Below are positions 59,398-64,000 of a DNA stretch of 64,000 nucleotides, piece by piece. How positions within the stretch are numbered: position 1 is the stretch's first letter; each line of letters starts with the position of its first letter. The DNA is from an uncultured Mycoplasmatota bacterium. Its GTDB lineage: Bacteria; Bacillota_I; Bacilli_A; RF39; UBA660. The translations under genes and the position numbers were made by a program. The notes under the pieces are model-generated. The model had not been told where the DNA came from. It worked only from the letters and a program-made list of their open reading frames with translations, and made no database searches. Where the stretch lies: assembly GCA_947056845.1 (NCBI GenBank), contig CAMSCJ010000007.1:6685-70684 (forward strand), given 5' to 3'.

Positions 59398-61056
59398 TTA
59401 TAATAGTTCAAATCTTTGTTTAATTGTATCTTTACCTAAAATTTTCATAATTGAATATAAATCAGGTGTGGTTGCTTTAGTCGTTAAAGCTACTCTTAAA
59501 ACATTACTAATATCAGCAATATTTCCTTTATAATTATCAGGATTTAATTTATATTCTTTCATATTAGAGGCATAACCTAACTTTTCAGCTAATTCTTTCA
59601 TTTTATTAAACCAAGTTTCATTATCATCAAAATCGTTATAATATTCATTAATATAAGTATTTAGGATATTTTTTATTTCTTCCTTATCAGTTATTTTTTG
59701 AAACTCATAATTTTTATTTTCTTTAGCAAATAATTCATCATACATATACCATACTTGATTTTTTATATCTGAATAACAGGCATAATCTTTTCTTGGTTTG
59801 GCTTGTTCTCTTTCAATATTAAATATCGCTATTGATTTATCTTTATATTTTTCAAGTAAATTTTTAAATTCTAAATCAAATTCATTTGACCAATTTAAAA
59901 TGCGATCATAAATTTCACTAGCTTTTAATGTTGATAAATAATTTTTAGAAATATTTAATAATTTTTCTAAGTCAAATAAAGCACCACTAGTACTCATTTT
60001 TTTGAATTCCATTTTAAATTCATTAATTGATTTATCCTTATTATGATCAAGCCACTCTTCAAAATTAGAATTAGCAACAGTCGTTAAATACAAAATAACA
60101 GCCTCATTAGGAATTCCTTGTTCGTGATAATATGTTACTGATGCTTCGGGGTCTTTTCTTTTGGATAATTTTCTTTTGGTTCCTTCATCATCTTTTAAAA
60201 GAGGCGCAATATGGGCATACTTTGGAACTTTAAAATTAAACATTCTAAATAATTGTGTATGAATTGGCACACTCGATAACCATTCATCACCTCTAATAAC
60301 ATGGGTTGTGCGCATTAAATGGTCATCTACTAAATGCGCAAAATGATAAGTAGGTAGTCCATCTGACTTAATAATGATAATATCTTGGTCATTTTCTGGT
60401 AGTTCCATTTTGCCCTTAATACAGTCATTAAAGACGAATTTCTTTTCAAAGTTACCAGGTGACTTTAATCTAATAATATATTTATCGCCATTTTTTATAT
60501 GTTTTTCGATTTCTTCAATACTTAAATTTCGGCATTTTGCATGTCGTCCATAATAGCCGATACGACTTTTATATTTTTCTTGTTTTTTTCTAATTTCATC
60601 TAAATCTTCTTCAGTACAAAAGCAGGGATAAGCCATATCATTTTCGATTAGGTATTTCGCAAATGCCCAATAAATTTCTTTTCTATTTGATTGAATGTAT
60701 GGTGCATATAACCCCACTTCAGTCGATTCAGAAGTAACACCTTCATCAAAATTAATATCAAAATCATTTAATGATTTTATAATTTTAGTTATACCATCTT
60801 CAATCGATCTTTTTTGATCTGTATCTTCAATTCTAAGATAAAATACACCATTAGTTTGATTGGCTAATTTTTTAGATATAACTGCTTGATATAAATTTCC
60901 AATATGAGGTAAGCCAGTTGGACTTGGAGCATAACGCGTTATAATGGCGCCTTCACTCACATTTCTTTCTGGATACATTTTTTCATAATCTTCAATTGTT
61001 TTAGTAATACCTGGTAAGAGTAAATCGGCTAATTCTTTTCTATTCATTTTTAACAC
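59398..61056 (-). CDS. gltX: glutamate--tRNA ligase (long form)
   Basis: Class I HIGH (PSPTGLPHIGNL) and KMSKS-like KLSKR. 552 aa, longer than typical GluRS. Own TATAAT in the 35-nt upstream gap. Confidence 0.75.
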   Translation of the reverse strand: MLKMNRKELADLLLPGITKTIEDYEKMYPERNVSEGAIITRYAPSPTGLPHIGNLYQAVISKKLANQTNGVFYLRIEDTDQKRSIEDGITKIIKSLNDFDINFDEGVTSESTEVGLYAPYIQSNRKEIYWAFAKYLIENDMAYPCFCTEEDLDEIRKKQEKYKSRIGYYGRHAKCRNLSIEEIEKHIKNGDKYIIRLKSPGNFEKKFVFNDCIKGKMELPENDQDIIIIKSDGLPTYHFAHLVDDHLMRTTHVIRGDEWLSSVPIHTQLFRMFNFKVPKYAHIAPLLKDDEGTKRKLSKRKDPEASVTYYHEQGIPNEAVILYLTTVANSNFEEWLDHNKDKSINEFKMEFKKMSTSGALFDLEKLLNISKNYLSTLKASEIYDRILNWSNEFDLEFKNLLEKYKDKSIAIFNIEREQAKPRKDYACYSDIKNQVWYMYDELFAKENKNYEFQKITDKEEIKNILNTYINEYYNDFDDNETWFNKMKELAEKLGYASNMKEYKLNPDNYKGNIADISNVLRVALTTKATTPDLYSIMKILGKDTIKQRFELL

Positions 61057-61091
61057 CTCTTTTTTAATTATACACTAAAATTAAGGAAAAT

Positions 61092-62168
61092 TTAATTATT
61101 ATTTGAATTTATAACATATTCTTTAAAATTAAGATATTTTGGAACCTCATTTTTCAAATTGGGTAATTCTTTTTCTATACTATTTATTGATAATTCTAAT
61201 TTTTCATTTAATTTAATAACTTTTTCAATATCACTAAAGATATATTTATTATATAAATTCAAAATTTTTTCTTCATTTTTTAAACCAATAAACAATTTAA
61301 TTTTTTCTTCATTAGCACTTTCAATCATATCTTCTAAACTATCAATTTTAGATAATGAATCAAAATTATCTAACACGAAAGTCATATTTATATTATTATT
61401 TATTGTATAGTCGTAAACCTGCTCAATTAAAATATTAGATAAAAATTTTATTGGATTATAGTTTATTACAAAAATGGCCGTTTTAGCATTAATGTCTGAT
61501 ACTTTAAACTCATTATTATAAAATGATTGTAATAATTCGGGGCGCAAAAATAAATTATTTAAATTTTGTTTTACTACCGATAAAATACTTTCTCTTGTAT
61601 CTCTTGGTGCTAAAACAATTGGTGAAAGAGCAATATAAATAGGATCCATTGAATCAATATTTTCTAAATATTTCTTCATTAGTAATTTATCATCAAATAA
61701 AATTTCACCATCATTAATAATATTATAAATAGATGTAAAAGTGCACTCGTTATCATTTTTTGTTTCATTTGTTATTTTAATTAATGATAATACAGCGCCT
61801 ATAAAATAGTTAGCTGCCATATTAGACCAAAATGGATCTGAGCCAGAACACTCTTGTGGAAATAAATATATTCCCATTTGTTTTATTTTTTCAATGGCCT
61901 TATCAATTTTTTTATTTTTATATAAGTAACTTATATATTGAATAGGATCCCAACCATTTGATTTTAGTGGTTCATTAAAATTGATAACTTTAATATTATA
62001 ACCTTTACTAATTAGTTCATCGTAAAAATGATTATAGTATTCTAAATTTTTATCAACTATTAATAAATTTTTATCCTTACTTATTTCTTCTTTAACTAGT
62101 TCAAATAAAATTTTTCTAGTTTTTCCTGTATTTGTTTTTCCAATAACTTTAATTACATTTTCGTTCAT
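61092..62168 (-). CDS. soluble VirD4/TraG/TraD-like (type IV coupling protein-like) P-loop ATPase
   Basis: Walker A VIGKTNTGKTR, then LIVDKNLEYY, GWDPIQY, SDPFWSNMAANYFIGAVLSL and a Walker B-like FVLDNFDSL, in the order seen in T4CP ATPase cores. 358 aa, no TM segment. Confidence 0.4.
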   Translation of the reverse strand: MNENVIKVIGKTNTGKTRKILFELVKEEISKDKNLLIVDKNLEYYNHFYDELISKGYNIKVINFNEPLKSNGWDPIQYISYLYKNKKIDKAIEKIKQMGIYLFPQECSGSDPFWSNMAANYFIGAVLSLIKITNETKNDNECTFTSIYNIINDGEILFDDKLLMKKYLENIDSMDPIYIALSPIVLAPRDTRESILSVVKQNLNNLFLRPELLQSFYNNEFKVSDINAKTAIFVINYNPIKFLSNILIEQVYDYTINNNINMTFVLDNFDSLSKIDSLEDMIESANEEKIKLFIGLKNEEKILNLYNKYIFSDIEKVIKLNEKLELSINSIEKELPNLKNEVPKYLNFKEYVINSNNN

Positions 62169-62180
62169 AATTATTCTCCT

Positions 62181-62552
62181 TTATAATTTTTTTACTTTAT
62201 TTTTATCAATTTCATTAGATAATATTTTGCCATTAGCGATGCGACCTTTTAAAGCATCAATCTTTTTTATACTTTTATCAATTTCTGATTGTTTTTCGTA
62301 TAATTCTTGTCTTTTAATTTCAAAATCATTTATAGTAAAATTATTCCATTTATTGACTATTTCGTCTAGTGTGAAACCAGCTTCTTTTAACTCTTTTATG
62401 AGTTTTATTTCTTCTAAATTTCTATCACCATAATACCGATAACCTGAATAAATATCTACTTGTTCTGGTATTAATAGCCCTATATCATTATAATATCTTA
62501 ATGTTTTTACTGTTATATTAGCTATTCGTGCAAATTCACCAATTTTATACAT
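62181..62552 (-). CDS. MerR family transcriptional regulator
   Basis: MYKIGEFARIANITVKTLRYYNDIGLL HTH with a coiled-coil C-terminus. Confidence 0.8.
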   Translation of the reverse strand: MYKIGEFARIANITVKTLRYYNDIGLLIPEQVDIYSGYRYYGDRNLEEIKLIKELKEAGFTLDEIVNKWNNFTINDFEIKRQELYEKQSEIDKSIKKIDALKGRIANGKILSNEIDKNKVKKL

Positions 62553-62592
62553 GGCACCACTTCCAATTATAGTTTATCATATTTTTTTCTAG

Positions 62593-62757
62593 TTATCCAA
62601 CTACCAAATATTTACCATAAAATTTTTTGGTTAAAACTTTCACTTTAGCTTTTTCTTTAGTTTCAGCCTCTGTATTATAAGCATTATTATATTCCTTAAT
62701 GATAAGTAATAGATTTCTATATGATTTTAATTTCATAAGTTTTTGTTTTTTATCCAT
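62593..62757 (-). CDS. unannotated small ORF (54 aa, MDKKQKLMKLKSYRNLLLIIKEYNNAYNTEAETKEKAKVKVLTKKFYGKYLVVG)
   Basis: Strong RBS AAGGAG 7 nt before the ATG (complement 62755-62757). Immediately upstream of merR on the same strand. Not in the supplied ORF track. Confidence 0.4.
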   Translation of the reverse strand: MDKKQKLMKLKSYRNLLLIIKEYNNAYNTEAETKEKAKVKVLTKKFYGKYLVVG

Positions 62758-62990
62758 AAGTTCACTCCTTTCAACTAGATAATAACATTACAGTTTACTA
62801 GAGGGTCAATACGTTTTTTATATTGTGTTTATTGTTAAGTCCGCCTTTTATATAATTGAGCAATTTTTACTTTTTTAAAAAATGCCTTTCTAATATTTGT
62901 ATCGAGATAAATATTATAGTTAAAAATTATATTTAGTTGTTTGCTCTTATAATTTTTATGATACAATAGATAGGAAGAGGTTTTAGTGCA

Positions 62991-63689
62991 ATGAAAAAAA
63001 TGCTAGTAAGTGATTATGATCAAACATTTTATCTTAATGATATAGATATTGAAAAAAATAAAAAAGCTGTAGATAAGTTTCGAGCAAAAAGTAATTTATT
63101 TGTAATTGCAACAGGTAGAAGTTATACAGATTTTATGGAAGCTCTTACTGAATACAAATTTAATTATGACTATATAATTTTAAATCACGGTATGACAATT
63201 ATCAATAAAGATAATAATATTTTAATAAATTATTCAATTGATAAAAGTATTATTTTAAAGATAATAGATGATTTAAAAGGGGCAAATAAAATTATTTATT
63301 TTTATGATGATTTTACAGAAAGTACTGAATATAATTTAGTTAAAAAAGTTGTAAAAATTAATATAAAATATGATTCTAAAGACATTGCCTTAAATATTTC
63401 TAAACAATTTAATATTAAATATGGTCAGTATATCAATGCTTATTGTGTGCCACTTAATGATGTTGAAATTATAGCTAGTTCAATAAATAAGGCTAAATCA
63501 ATAACTTTTATTGCCAATACTGAACAAGTTCTTAAATCCAATATTTATACGATTGGTGATGGATATAATGATATCGAAATGACTAAAAACTTTAATGGTT
63601 ATTGTATGAAAGAATCTACTAGCGAATTAAAGAAAAAAGCAATTAGTGAAGTTGCTAGTGTTTCGGAATTGATAGAAAAAATAATTTAA
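62991..63689 (+). CDS. HAD superfamily hydrolase, Cof-like
   Basis: Motif I DYDQTF (DxD), TGR, and C-terminal GDGYNDIEM. Confidence 0.8.
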   Translation: MKKMLVSDYDQTFYLNDIDIEKNKKAVDKFRAKSNLFVIATGRSYTDFMEALTEYKFNYDYIILNHGMTIINKDNNILINYSIDKSIILKIIDDLKGANKIIYFYDDFTESTEYNLVKKVVKINIKYDSKDIALNISKQFNIKYGQYINAYCVPLNDVEIIASSINKAKSITFIANTEQVLKSNIYTIGDGYNDIEMTKNFNGYCMKESTSELKKKAISEVASVSELIEKII

Positions 63690-63710
63690 ATATAGATTGG
63701 AAGTAATAAT

Positions 63711-64000
63711 ATGAATGATAATAGTTTTGCTGTACAGGTGGTAGGGATTAATCAATGTGTATCTGTAAAACATAAAGTAAAAAAAATCTTAGCAGATTTA
63801 ACAATGGATGTAAAAAAAGGCGAATTTGTCGCAATTGTTGGGTGTTCAGGAGCTGGAAAAACAACTTTAATGAATATTTTGAGTGGCTATAATAAACCAA
63901 GTAAAGGTACTGTTTATGTTGATGGATTAGATTTATTTAAAGAAGAAGACTATTTTAAAGGTAAAATAGCTTATGTTCCACAACAAGAAATATTAGATCA
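63711..64000 (+). CDS. ABC transporter ATP-binding protein (partial; 3' end beyond window)
   Basis: Walker A GCSGAGKTTLMNILSG. Confidence 0.8.
   Translation, partial: MNDNSFAVQVVGINQCVSVKHKVKKILADLTMDVKKGEFVAIVGCSGAGKTTLMNILSGYNKPSKGTVYVDGLDLFKEEDYFKGKIAYVPQQEILD

Overview
Low-GC (about 27-28 % GC) Firmicute chromosomal segment read with the standard genetic code; universal genes (rpsD, tyrS, infC, infB) have no in-frame TGA, so code 4 was rejected. The Bacillus-like gene order (thiI / ezrA / rpsD / tyrS; dnaB-dnaI-thrS; rimP-nusA-ylxR-infB; yceD-rpmF) and a very strong GerE ortholog point to a spore-forming Bacillota. Most of the window is core housekeeping: ribosomal proteins S4, L20, L35, L32; aaRS genes tyrS, serS, thrS, gltX; murF, murD, murC and a SEDS protein; infC, infB, nusA; dnaB/dnaI. 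There are two T-box riboswitches (Tyr, Thr), one tRNA-Arg(TCT), and many consensus sigma-A promoters (TTGACA-17-TATAAT). Four things stand out. (1) A 9-gene NAD salvage cluster (pncA-pncB-nudix-nadE-nadD-ARH-pncC, then yqeK-nrtR-nadK) has a consensus promoter overlapped by repeated 11-bp palindromes TGTTAwTAACA. (2) A decaying accessory patch sits next to tRNA-Arg (orphan N6-adenine methyltransferase, frameshifted neighbour, MazG-like, YkgJ-like, SDR operon, one GC-rich gene). (3) Three unusual gene contexts: a PP-loop ATPase translationally coupled to murD, a 25-bp perfect direct repeat that duplicates the serS 3' end around a single unknown gene, and an L20 with a Rho_N/SAP-like C-terminal extension. 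(4) A MerR plus soluble VirD4/TraG-like P-loop ATPase module and an orphan cI/Cro-like XRE switch with palindromic operators. No CRISPR array, IS element, integrase or rRNA gene was seen. Three genes look frameshifted (the VanY-family peptidase, the partner of the methyltransferase, and possibly the YkgJ-like gene).
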